A stretch of 64,000 nucleotides of DNA, from positions 12,216,001 through 12,280,000 of the forward strand of contig CM059433.1 in assembly GCA_030390025.1 (NCBI GenBank), in the 5' to 3' direction. The notes under the pieces are model-generated. The model had not been told where the DNA came from. It was given only the letters and a program-made list of their open reading frames with translations, and ran no database searches. Each line of letters opens with the position of its first letter. Within the stretch, counting starts at the first letter, position 1. This document shows, piece after piece, positions 13,071 through 25,613 of this stretch. The stretch comes from Squalus acanthias. Its lineage: Eukaryota. The translations under genes and the position numbers were made by a program.

Positions 13071-14236
13071 GTAAGCAGAAAATGGCTTGCGTTCTATAGT
13101 TTCTCGTAGTTGCTGTATATTGAATGCATAATCTGAAAATGCTTGACATTTGAAACGTATTAAAAATCCAGCCTGTGAAATGACCACCTTTAGGCATGTT
13201 TTCAGTTAGTCTTTATAGCTGAGCAGTCTCTTTTGTAATTGTCTGTCATTATCAATATTGGGATCACTGTAGATGAGTGATGTTTCTGTACAGGTGGCCT
13301 TTAAGGCTGGTTTTACTGTACGTACAAATGTCTTATTCAGTGGTTAAAGGGGAATTTCTTAATGGGTACTCCGTCGACCCGATAGTGTAATTTTGGTCCC
13401 ACCTCTGCAATATTTGACTCCACCAACAATCTTTGCTCCCTGCCCCTGAAACCATTCGGATTCCATAAGTACTTAGTCACAGTCACATAATAAGGTCAAA
13501 AAAGTGCTTTATGCATTTTTCAGGAAATCAAACAAGTTTGTGTCGATGTTGCAGTGCAGGTTTACGAAAACATGACCTGACCTAGCACCAACTTTACTCC
13601 TACTGCACCTCGCTGGACAGCAAACTGCATCCATCCCATCCACCAAACTCCCATGCTAGGACCCTCCTTATTCATTTCATACATGACAACAGTGACTACA
13701 CTTCAAAAGTGCTTGATTGGCCGAAATGGCTTTGGGATGTCCTGACACGCTATATAAATGCAAGTTCTTTCTTTCAAAGGGTCTCAAGCCAAGTCTCAGC
13801 TGGGATCAGTTCCACTGAGGTATTTCAAGGGCATAAAAAGAGGAATTTCTCAAGGAACCCCGAATGTAGGGATAGCAGGCAGAATTTAAAGATCTGGTTA
13901 GGGCCTCCGTCACTACTTATAGAATATTGAGGAACGTTAGAACCCTTCAGTGTAGGGGGAAAAGTAGATATTTCACTACAAGTGTAAATTTAAAAAATGC
14001 ACTACATATATATGAAATACTGTATGCAAATTGAATAATATATTCTGTAGGCAAATTATATAAAATGCTGTCTAAGTTATTATATAATACCTTTTAATAC
14101 ACACTTTAATCCATTTTACATTTATTTTAATGGACATTACTTTTATTCCTAAAGATCTAAAATTATGAAGACATTTTTCTAAGCACTGTAATCTAATATT
14201 TCAATTAATTAATTTATAATATAATTAATTAGTAGA

Positions 14237-15509
14237 ACAACAGCAACAACATGTATTTATATAGCGCTTTTAACGTAGTAAAACGTCCCAAGGCGCTGCA
14301 CAGAGTATTATAAGACAAAAAATTTGACACCGATCCACATAAGGATAAATTAGGGCAGGTGACAAAGAGGTAGGTTTTAAGGAGCGTCTTAAAGGAGGAA
14401 AGAGAGGTAATGAGGCGGAGAGGTATAGGCAGGGAATTCCAGAGCTTAGGGCCGAGGCAACAGAAGGCACGGCCACCAAAGGTTGAGCGATTATAATCAA
14501 GGATCCTCAAGAGGGCAGAATTAGAGGAGCGCAGATATCTCAGGGGGTTTGTGGGGCTGAAGGAGATTAGAGATAAGAAGGGGTGAGGCCACGGAGGGAT
14601 TTGAAAACAAGGATGAGAATTTTGAAATCGAGACGCTGCTTAACCGGGAGCCAATGTAGGTCAGGGAGCACAGGGGAGATGGGTGAACGGGACTTGGTGT
14701 GAGTTATGACATGGGCAGCCGAGTTTTGGATGACCTCAAGTTTACGTAGGGTAGAATGTGGGCGGCCAGCCAGGAGTGCATTGGAATAGTCAAGTCTGGA
14801 GGTAACAAAGGCATGGATGAGGGTTTCAGCAGCGGATGAGCTGAAGCAAGGGCGGAGACGGGCGATGTTATGGAGGTGGAAGTAGGCGGTGTTTGTTCTG
14901 CGGATATGTGGTTGGAAGCTCATTTCGGGGTCAAATATGACACCAAGGTTGCGAACAGTGTGGTTCAGCCTCAGACAAATGTTAGGGAGAGGGATAGAGT
15001 CAGTGGCTAGGGAACAGAGTTCGTGGCGGGGACCGAAAACAATGGCTTCAGTTTTCCCAATATTTAATTGGAGAAAACTTTTGCTCATCCAGAACTGTAT
15101 GTCGGACAAGCAGTCTGACAATTTAGACACCGTGGAGGGGTCGAGAGAAGTAGTGAGGTAGAGCTGTGTGTCATCAGCGTGCATGTGGAAACTGACGCTG
15201 TGTTTTCGGATGATATCGCCAAGGGGCAACATGTAGATGAGAAATAGGAGGGGGCCAAGGATAGATCCTTGGGGGACATCAGAGGTAACGATGCGGGAGC
15301 GGGAAGAGAAGCCGTTGCTGGTGATTCTCTGGTTACGATTAGATAGATAAGAATGGAACCAGGCGAGTGCAGTCCCACCCAGCTGGACGCCGGTGGAGAG
15401 GCGTTGGAGAAAGATGGAGTGGTCAACCGTGTCAAAGGCTGCAGACAAGTCAAGAAGGACAAAGTGGGATAGTTTACCTTTGTCACAGTCACAAAGGATG
15501 TCATTTGTG
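14237..15509 (-). mobile_element. L2-like LINE, 5'-truncated (RT domain and 3' end)
   Basis: ORF 14567-15448 has AFDTVDH, VPQGSILGP, HADD (degenerate YADD) and SRLDYSN...LHWLPV; (TTG)n tail. Confidence 0.88.
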
Positions 15510-17510
15510 AATTCTATCTATTTTACATTTAACTATTTTTAAGCAACATTTACTTCCAACAGTGGTTAAAATATACCATCACAATAACCCATTCTGTGTC
15601 ACATAGTATAGTGATCCTGTACTTAAAAAAAGACTATTCTCTGACTTACTGTGAGCAACACAATGGCACATCCACTAGTTTGTACAATTTCTTTTGGTTA
15701 TGTACTGTGAAAATGCATGTGAGGCTTATAAATATTTTCTTTTCATTGGCAATCGATGCCTTTGATATTGAACAGTGTGATTTGCTATGGCTTGGTGGTG
15801 AGGGCTGTCAGCAGCAGTATGGCCTGTGTAATAAGAGGGAATTAGCGGCAGTAGCAAAGACGAGGGAAGGAGGTATGTCATCATGGCTGATGTAATTGAA
15901 ATATATCAGCCTTGTAACAAAGCCCTATTGCCCCGGTGAATCCATCTAGCACAGAGCCTCCCCCCATAAAATACACACTCCGCTTCAACAAAATAAAGCT
16001 GCTTCCTGATATAAATTCACGCTGAGCCCAACCCTAGCCTCAAAATTAGTCCAATGTTAACTTTGTTAAATCTGACCAATTGTATCCCTGAGCCCAATTT
16101 AAAAAAAAAAGTATATTTAACTGGCATTAATACACCACTAACACTGCCAGGAACAGCGACAAAGTAAGAGGAAGGGGCAGCTAGACAAAATGGGTTAGCT
16201 GCAAGACAAAAATAAACTTACTTGGGCTAGTTTGGGGGCATGTGGCAGGAAATCTATAGTACCAGGCAGGAAAAAGTTTTCTTATAAGATCCAACAGCCA
16301 TTGAAAATAGCCAACTTTGGAACTCTTGCGAGAAGAACCTGTATTATAAGTACCCAGTGAGATAAGAACCAGGACATAGTCCGAAACCATGCCAGCCCAT
16401 TTTATGTATGGCACCAAAATTGAAATATGCTGTCTTAAAATATAATAAGTTAAGCTAATCTTTCCTCACCTTTTGTGATTCATAATGTGACAAAAACATA
16501 ATAATTGGTTATTCATCACATGGCTGTTGTTAGGACTTTGCTGGCACAGAATAGCCACTGTTATTATCTACAGCCACCGCACTTTAAAAGTAATTCATTG
16601 TGTGAGACGTTTCAATATGATAAATGTACATGTCATCATTATTATGATAAATCAGTGGCAAAAGTGATTATGACATGCTTAGCAAGGTCTTGTAACTGAT
16701 TTAGGAAAATCCTGGAGAATGGCAAGGTTTGTGGAATTCATAATTTAAATACTTAAAACGCTGAAATGCAATTTGAGATTTTAAAATACATAATTACTTT
16801 AGATGATAACATTTTAAACTACAGTTTTAGGAGAGCATACACAATTCTGCAGCTTTCCACAATTCACAGTATTTTCAGTGTAAACTAGACAGCCCACTGA
16901 CCATTTGAAATGCTCCAGAAAAGTACATTCAAAGGGTATAATAATCATATCGTGGAAAGAAAAGTCCCTCATTCAATTATTCTGTTGCAAGTAAAGTAAT
17001 AAGTTACATTTGTGCTGTACAGCAACTCTCTTTTTAACTTCTCTTACAACTTTCAAATGTATACTTCTAGTCCTGAAACAAAGATAAAACATTTCTAACA
17101 GGAATCACAAATCTGTACGAAACAATATTTTGGGGGCATTGAATACAAAAGCAAGGCAGTGATGTTCAATTTGTGCAAGACATTGGCTATGTAAGTTAAA
17201 GAGTATTGTGGACAGTTCTAGGCACCCCATTATAGGAAGGGTATTAAGAGTAATGAAAACAGTGCAACAAATATTCAGTCAGATGATACCAGGAATAGAA
17301 ATTTGTAGTTGTGAAGATTTTTTTTTTAATGGGGCGTTTTTACTGTAACAGAGCAGGTTAAGTGGAACCTAATAGAGGTTTTCAAAATAATGAAAGCTTG
17401 CGAGATGGGAAATAGTGAGAAACAAATCCGCTAGTTGGTGAATCAGTAACAAGGGGACATAAACCCAGAATTTCTGTTGGAAGAATGAAGGGGAACTTAC
17501 ATTTTGTTTT

Positions 17511-19400
17511 CATAGAATCATAGAAATATACGGCACAGAAGAAGGCTATTTGGCTGAAAAAGAGCTATCCATCTTAATCCCACTTTCCAGCTCTTGGCCC
17601 GTAGCCTTGTAGGTTACGGCACTTCAAGTGCATATTCAAGTACTTTTTAAATGTGACGAGGGTTTCTGCCTGTACCACCCCTTCAGGCAGTGAGTTCCAG
17701 ACCCCCACCACCCTCTGGGTGAAAATGTTTTCCTCAACTCTCCTCTAATTCTTCTACCAATTACTTTAAATCTATGCCCCTGGTTATTGATGTCTCTGCT
17801 AAGGGGAATAGGTCCTTCCTATCCATTCTATCTAGCCCCTTCATAATTTTCTACACCTCAATTAAGTCTCCCCTCAGCCTCCTTTGTACCAAAGAAAACA
17901 ACTCCAGCCTATCCAATCTTTCCTCACAGCTAAAATTCTCCAGTCCTGGCAACATCTTCGTAAATCTCCTCTGTACCCTCTCGAGTGCAGTTACAGCTTT
18001 CCTGTAATGTGGTGACCAGAACTGTACGCAGTACTCTAGCTGTGGCCTAACTAGTGCTTTATACATTTCAAACATAACCTCCCTGCTCTTATATTCTATG
18101 CCTCGGCTAATAAAGGAAAGTATCCCGTATACCTTCTTAACCACCTTATCTACCTGCCCTGCTACCTTCAGGGATCTGTGGACATGCACTCCAAGGTCCC
18201 TCTGTTCCTCTGCACTTCTCAGTATCCTACCATTTATTGTGTATTCCCTTGTGTTGTTAGCCCTCCCCAAATGCATTACCTCACACTTCTCTGGATTGAA
18301 TTCCATTTGCCACTGTTCTGCCCACCAGACCAGTCCATTGATATCTTCCTGCTACAGCAGCCTACAGCTTTGTTCCTCACTATCAACCACATGGCCAATT
18401 TTTGTATCATCTGCAAACTTCTTAATCATGCCCCCTACATTGAAGTCTAAATCATTGATCTATACCACAAAAAGCAAGGGAACTAGTACTGAGCCCTGCA
18501 GATCCCCACTGGAAACAGCCTTCCAGTCACAAAAACACCCGTCGACCATTACCCTTTGCTTCCTGCCACTGAGCCAATTTTGGATCCAACTTGCCACTTT
18601 CCCTTGGATCCCATGGGCTTTTACTTTTCTGACCAGTCTGCCATATGGGACCTTGTCAAAAGCCTTGCAAAAATTCATGTAGACTACATCAAACGCGCTA
18701 CCCTCATCGACCCTCCTTGTTACCTCCTTAAAAAATTCAATCAAGTTAGTCAGACACGACCTTCCCTTAACAAATCCATGCTGACTGTCCTTCATTAATC
18801 CGTACCTTTCTAAATGAAGATTTATCCTGTCCCTCAGAAATGTTTCCAATAATTTGCCCACCAGTGAGGTTAGGCTGACTGGCCTGTAATTACTCGATCA
18901 ACACGGTGGCATAGTGGTTAGCATTGTTGCCTCACAGCGCCAGGGACCCGGGTTCAAATCCGGCCCCGGGTGACTGTCTGTGTGGAGTTTGCACATTCTC
19001 CCCGTGTCTGCGTGGGTTTCCTCCGGGTGCTCCGGTTTCCTCCCACAGTCCAAAGATGTGCGGGTTAGGTTGATTTGGCTATGATAAATTGACCCTTAGT
19101 GTTAGGGGGATTAAATACGTGGAGTTACGGGGATAGGGTGGGATATGTGTCGGTGCAGGCTCAATGGGCCGAAATGGCCTCTATCTGCACTGTGGGGATT
19201 CTGTGATTATCCCTTTCTCCCTTTTTAAACAACGGTACAACATTAGCAGTCCTCCGGCACCACATCTGTAGCCAGAGGATTGGAAAACGATGGTCAGAGC
19301 CTCAGCTATTTCCTCCCTTGCTGCTCTTAACAGCCTGGGATACATTTCATCTGGGCTTGGTGATTTATCTACCTTCAAAGATGCTAAACCCCTTAATATT
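17511..19400 (-). mobile_element. CR1 LINE, 5'-truncated
   Basis: Minus ORFs SQHGFVKGRSCLTNL, KAFDKVP and LVRPQLEYCVQFWSP; TTCTATGA tail. Confidence 0.9.
18900..19207 (+). mobile_element. tRNA-derived V-SINE (HE1-like) inserted in CR1
   Basis: A box TGGCATAGTGG, B box GGTTCAAATCC, V-domain GTGGAGTTTGCACATTCTCCCCGTGTCTGCGTGGGTTTCCTCCGGGTGCTCCGGTTTCCTCCCAC, and a CR1-like 3' tail. Confidence 0.85.
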
Positions 19401-20194
19401 TCCCCTTGTTTTCCACAAACCGAGTTATTAGAACGTGGAATGCTTTACTGTACTATAAACATCCCATTTAAAAGGAAATCGGATAAGTGTTTGAAAATAA
19501 AATGAAATAAGGATACAGGAAAGAGCAAGGAAATAGGATTAGGGTTAGTTGGCTGCAGTTGAAGAGCGAGCACAAGCATAATGGGACAAGTGGCTTTCTT
19601 CAGTGCTGTAATTTCTATGATCTTATAATTTCAGAATTATAATATTAGCAAAATTACCTGAATAAAATTAAGAATTCTAAGCTAGTTACATTTCTGTGGT
19701 GTGAACCTGCTACAGTGCAGATGAATGCTAGTTTATTGAAAAAGTTGGATGTCTTTGACTTTTTCTTTGAGAAACGGGACTCCATTTGTTTACCACTGTT
19801 AACCACTAGTCTTGCATCATCATTTGATACATCCTGTGACTTTAGCCACTGAATGAATTTTGGAGTTAATAAGCCATTAGCTTATTCTGCAGATTAGTCT
19901 TCCGAGAGTTATTTGCAATTCTCTTACATCTGCAAGTTGTGCTGCAGATGTTGATGCCAATACAAACCATTGTTTCTTCTTTCTCCTCATAGTCCAACCC
20001 AGCAATAAAAGTTGCTTATCAGTGATTATTGTAAAAGGTTACAGGATGTTGGTCTAAACCTCAGTAGATAGCTCAGTCTGGCCTCAAAGGATGTGTTTTG
20101 ACAACAGAATCGTCACCTTGGTTGAATATGTGATTAAAAGAGACAAAGTATAGTAGAAAAATATACTTCTCTATGTTAAGGGTAATGGTCACAG

Positions 20195-20936
20195 TCTTCT
20201 TAGGCAGTCCCTCGGAACCGAGGATGACTTGCTTCCACACTAAAAATGAGCTCTCAGGTGACTGATGAGTCCAATGCGGGACCTACAGTCTCTGTCACAG
20301 GTGGGCAGACGGTGGTTGAAGGGGCGGGAGGGTGGGGTGCTTGGGTTGACGTCCGCTGTTTGCGCTTGACTTCCGCTTGCTCCCGGCGAAGAGACTCGAG
20401 GTGTTCGGCACCCTCCCGGATGCTTCTCCTCCACTTCGTGCGGCCTTGGGCCAGGGATTCCCAGGTGTCGGTGGGGATGTTGCCCTTTTTCAAGGAGGCT
20501 TTGAGGGTGTTCTTGAAGCGTTTCCTCTGCCCACCTGGGACTCTCTTGCCGTGTCGGAGCTCCGAGTAGAGCGCTTGTTTTGTGAGTTTCGTATCGGGCA
20601 TGCGGACGATGTGACTCGTCCATCGGAGCTGATCGAGTGTGGTCAAAGCTTCGATGCTGGGGATGTTGACCTGAGCGAGAACACTGACATTGGTGCGCCT
20701 ATCCTGCCAATGGATTTGCAGGATCTTGCGGAGGCAGCGTTGGTGGTACCTCTCCAGTGCTTTAAGGTGCCTGCTGTACATGGTCCATGTCTCTGAGGCA
20801 TGCAGGAGGACAAGTATCACTACTGCTCTGTAGACCATGAGCTTGGTGCCGGGTTTGAGGTCCTGGTCTTCAAACACTCTCTTCCTCAGGTGACCGAAGG
20901 TTGCACTGGCACACTGAAGGCGGTGTTGGACTTCGT
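20195..20936 (-). mobile_element. RTE-clade LINE 3' fragment
   Basis: TKLMVYRAVV...ASETWT...LRKILQIHWQD; nearly the same sequence as 60455-61533. Confidence 0.9.
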
Positions 20937-22305
20937 GCCATTCAAGGCATAATTTACTTGTACTATATATCAGCCCAAGGTGACATTTCCATTTTCTTTT
21001 CTTTTAATCCAAGTCTTTTGAAATTCCTAAATTAAGACATTGCATTGCGGTCACATTAGGTAAATCACATCTTTGTGTATATGGGAGGTAATTACGGGAG
21101 ATTCACCTTTTTCATTTGGAGGTTTGAAACTATTATTTTAAACTTGACAAACTATTTGAAGCCATTAGTTCAAGCATAATTGTAAATAGTTATTAACTTT
21201 GGGATTTCAAAGCAAAAAGGGGGAAAAGCTTTTGCACAAGGCTTTTTTTTCTTTGCTGTCTCTATGATGAATTCTAAATGACAGTTTATATTTTAAAGTC
21301 TGGGAAACTGCCATTTCTTCTGCAGAATTCTAAATTAGTTGGTGGGGTGATTTCTATGTGGGTAAAAACAATGCTGTGCATGGTAAAGCTTTTCAAAAAT
21401 GCTTTGCAGCTAAATACACAGTTTAAAGGATTGCAATTGGTTCCATATAATCAAAACTCAGCTTTTTATTTTGATGCTGTCAACTATTAGCAACAAGTTT
21501 AAAAAAAAAAAGGATTTATTTGTGTACCAGGAAAATTGTGATGCAAATAAAAATTAAGTCTGGTTTCAAAAGGATTATGGTCTCTCCCAACAGCTACTTA
21601 AATCACATTTAATTTCTCCAGTTGTAATTTTACAAAATTAAAGGCACTTCTGTTGGCAATACCAAGGTTTGCATAACCTAGTGCTTGAAGTATACCATGA
21701 AAAATGAATCTTTCTTGGTCTCTGGTTATGGATTTGATAAAGAGAGAAGAGGTATTATACGCACGTTGCCATGGAGACTGTTCTGTGTAGGCGTCTTAAA
21801 GAAGCAGTTTTATCCCTTTAGCACATACACATTCATCATTTCAACTGGGTGAAGGCTGCCTTATTTCAGTTACTGTTCTTGTGAAGGGAAGATGACTTGG
21901 GATTGAACTGCACTATCACTGGAGTCTCGAACAAAATAAATCAAACCTGCACCTGTCAACACCGCAAGTTTCAGCGGGATACCACATGTCTTTGTAATAC
22001 TGTGTTTTAGAACTCAAATGCAGAGTAACAAAATATTCAGGATTCAAGGCCTATTATAATCGTGTAGATTTTCCATTCATTGGACAGCAACAGGTTAATA
22101 CCAAAAATATGTAGATGTGGTATTCTCTGCAGTTTGGCATCATAGTTCTCACCTATCCACCTGAGGTTTTTTTTCAAGGAGGATGGGGTGTGCCTTCCAC
22201 TGATGTGGTTATTGAAATGTCTGGTTGGAGTACTGTACCAAAAAGTAACCTGATTGCATTCTTGTCTGATGTAAGAGATGACTTGGGATTATTAGTAAAG
22301 ACCAA

Positions 22306-22832
22306 GAGCTAGATTTTCCTCCACTACCCCACTCCAAATCAGGCATGATAGCAGCAGCAACAATGGGGAAAATGGGCAAAGCAGCCTGCCTCAACCTTCC
22401 CACCCCAACATAGATTTCCCTTCCCCCACCCCAGCCACCTGCCCCTTCCTCACCTGCCGCATGACAATACTGGGGGAGGGGCTGACTTCCCAGCCCGTTT
22501 CCCTCCCATCCTTTCCTATTACTGCCATTCCCAGGAATGCCTGGATAAAGTGCTGCTAGGCCCGGGGTAGTTTCAGTAAGGTCCCAGTGTTCGCTAATGG
22601 AGAGAGAGGGCATATTCGAAGTCGCCTCTACCTCTAATTTGTTCCCAGAGGCCTACACGGACCTCGGCTCCTTTCTTCTTTGAAGACCTTCTGCCCCTTT
22701 AAGGTACTTTGCCGCTTCTTTGGGTGCTGCAGCATTGGTCCCGCTGCAGCACTGCCAAATTATCCTCTTCCGCAGCAGGATCAGAGGCGCCAACAGAAGT
22801 CCTACTCTGCCCCAAGCAGGAAAATCTAGCCC
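22306..22832. mobile_element. Harbinger-type MITE
   Basis: TIRs GAGCTAGATTTTCCT and AGGAAAATCTAGCCC, 14/15 match. Confidence 0.65.
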
Positions 22833-23004
22833 CTGCAGGCCTCTGACTGTTCTTTCCTTGGCAGTAGTTGCAAATCTACAAACACTGTAAAATCTAGTCG
22901 CAGGTCAGAAATTCAGTCAACTTTTCCCCTTTTTAGACTTTGTGCAGTAGCTTTGAATGGCTAGTGTTTGAAGGAGACAGAAATCTAGAAGTTGCTCCAT
23001 CATG

Positions 23005-23465
23005 CGCCTGAGAATGCAGCCACAACACTCAAGAAGCTCGACACAGTCCAAAGCAAAACATTCGCTTGATTGGAGCCCCTGCCACTGTACTCAATATCCT
23101 TCCTTCCATCACTGGAGCATTGTGGCTGCAGTATGTACAATCTACAGGATGCATTGCAGAAAATCACCAAGGTTACTTTGACAGCATCTCCCTCCCTTGC
23201 ACCCTCTACAATTGAGAAGGACTAGAGCAGCAATGTCGTGGGAACACCGTCACCTCCAAGTTCCCTTCGAAGTCACACACCATCTTGACTTGGACATATA
23301 TTGCTGTTCCTTCATCGTTGCTGGGCCAATATCCAGGAATTCACTACCTAACACCATTGTGGGAGCTCCATCACCACTAGGACTGTAGAGGTTCAAGGAA
23401 AAGGACCACCACCATCTTCTCAGCAGCTAGAAGATGGTCATCTACATCCCGAGAACAAATAAAAA
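23005..23465 (+). mobile_element. CR1-group LINE 3' fragment, same family as 36531-37389
   Basis: Shares ACAACACTCAAGAAGCT...TTCCATCAC...CTACAGGATGCA with the reverse complement of about 36800-37000; A-rich end. Confidence 0.6.
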
Positions 23466-24128
23466 AAAAGATAAATAACTATATAATCTGTTTTGGTGAT
23501 ATTGGTTGAGGGATGAATATTGGACAGTGCACTGGGAGAGCTCTATGCTCGTCTCCAAAAAAAAAAAAAGTGCCAAGGGATATTTTGCATCCTGGTCCTC
23601 AGCTATTTACAATCTATATTAATGACTTGGATGAAGGGACCAAGTGCAATGTATCCAGGTTTGCTGACAATACAAAGCTAGGTGGGAAAGTAAGCTGTGA
23701 GGAGGACACAAAGAGCCTGCAAAGGGATATAGACAGGTTAAGTGAGTGGGCAATAGGTGGCAGATGGAGTATAATGTGGGGAAATGTGAGGTTATTCAAT
23801 TTGGTACGAAGAATAGAAAAACAATACTTTTTAAATTGTGAGAAACTATTAAATGTTGGTGTTCGAGGGATTTAGGTGTCCTTGTATCGGAAACACAGAA
23901 AGTTAGCATGCAGGTACAGCAAGCAATTAGGAAGGCAGATGGCATGTTGGCCTTTATTGCAAGGGGGTTGGAGTACAAGAGTAAGGAAGCCTTACTACAG
24001 TTGTACAGGGCTTTGGTGAGACCACACCTGGAGTACTGTGCACAGTTTTGGTCTCCTTATCTGAAGAAGGACATATTTCCCTTAGAGGCAATGCAGCGAA
24101 GGTTCACTAGATTGATCCCTGGGATGAG

Positions 24129-24594
24129 GAAAAAAAGAAAGACTTGCATTTATATAGCGCCTTTCACGACCACTGGATGTCTCAAAGCACTTTACAACCA
24201 ATTAAGTACTTTTGAAGTGTAGTCACTGTTGTAATGTGGGAAACGCGGCAGCCAATTTGCACACAGCAAGGTCCCACAAACAACAATGTGATAATGACCA
24301 GATAATCTGTTTTTGTTATGTTGGTTGAGGGTTAAATATTGGCCAGGACGCCGGGGATAACTCCCCTGCTCTTCTTTGAAATAGTGCCATGGGATCTTTT
24401 ACGTCCACCTGAGAGAGCAGATGGGGCCTCGGTTTAATGTCTCATCCGAAAGACGCCACCTCCGACAGTGCAGCACTCCCTCAGCACTGCACTGGAGTGT
24501 CAGCCTAGCTTTATGTGCTCAAGTCCCTGGAGTGGGACTTGAACCCATAACCTTCTGACTCAGAGGCGAGTGTGCTACCAACTGAGCCACAGCT
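24129..24594 (-). mobile_element. Deu-domain tRNA SINE (SacSINE1-like)
   Basis: Minus-strand tRNA head (TGGCTCAGTTGG, GGTTCAAGTCC); Deu-like core GTGCCATGGGATCTTTTACGTCCACCTGAG...GGGGCCTCGGTTTAA; 3' end shared with the L2 at 14.25 kb. Confidence 0.8.
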
Positions 24595-24869
24595 GAGAGG
24601 GTTGTCCTCTGAGGAGAGATTGAGTGGATTGGGCCTATATTCTCTGGAGTCTAGAAGAATGAGAGGTGTTCTCATTGAAACATATAATATACTGAAGGGG
24701 ATTGACAGGATAGATGCTGAGAGGTTGTTTCCCCTGGCTGGAGAATCTAGAACTCAGGGATAGTCTCAGGATAAGGGGTCGGCCATTTAAGACCGAGATG
24801 AATTTTTTCTCTGAGGGTTGTGAATCTTTGAAATTCTCTACCCCAAAGGGCTGTGGATGCTGAGTCATT

Positions 24870-25613
24870 GGCCCAAAAATTCGTTAGGAAGCCTTCGTGC
24901 GAGGGTAAGGCCTCCCCGCGATCTCTCACTCCGCGTTGGCTTTTTCAGTTCCAGCTCGCACGAACTTGATGTTCTGGACAGCTGCTGTGCTGGGCTTGCG
25001 TATCCCACCGGCGTAGTTAATTCGTGCGAGCTGTGGGATCACGTGACTCAGTTAGAGCCAATGGCAGCACACCATCTTCCATTCATAACTTTCACATAAG
25101 TGCTGTGAAAGTTCTGAATACTATAGCCCCCCAAAAGAACCGCTAAACCTCAATTAAATTTAAAAAAAAAACCATCACATTAATAAAATAAGTATAGTTA
25201 AATAAATTAACCATTTTAAATAAAAAATTAAATTTTTGAAAAAATTTAAAATCTTTTTTAAAAAGTTATAAAAATAAACTTACCTGTCTTTAAAGTCTCT
25301 AAAAAAGATATACCTGTTAAAAAAAAATTCAAAATAATACTTAATTCACTACTTACCTTGTTAAAAGTGGGTCTTACTCCTTTTTTTATGTCTAGAATCT
25401 TCCGTACTTACCTGCGCGTTGAAACCACTAAGTGCACAGCGTGCGCGCAGCCTGTAGCGCGCACGCGGTTCACCTAGGACCCGCCCCCTTTTCCATTCAC
25501 CAAGTGCCGGTTTTCAGCGCATGCGCAGTGCATGCAGAAAACCGGCAATTGGAGACAGAATACGCGAGAGTACACAGTGCGTACTCTCGCGTAGCGGGAC
25601 TAATTTTTGGGCC
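24870..25613. mobile_element. Harbinger-type MITE, family A copy 2
   Basis: Perfect 12-bp TIRs GGCCCAAAAATT and AATTTTTGGGCC; flanks ATT and ATG; interrupts CR1. Confidence 0.82.

Larger units (their letters stand above)
17135..19620 (+). mobile_element. Old CR1 3' fragment interrupted by younger insertions
   Basis: Degenerate GIEYKSK...CGQF segment at about 17135-17500; 3' UTR-like continuation at about 19410-19620. Confidence 0.55.

Noticed and set aside
18900..18970. tRNA gene
   Set aside because: The A and B boxes belong to a SINE head that continues into a V-domain; no complete cloverleaf.
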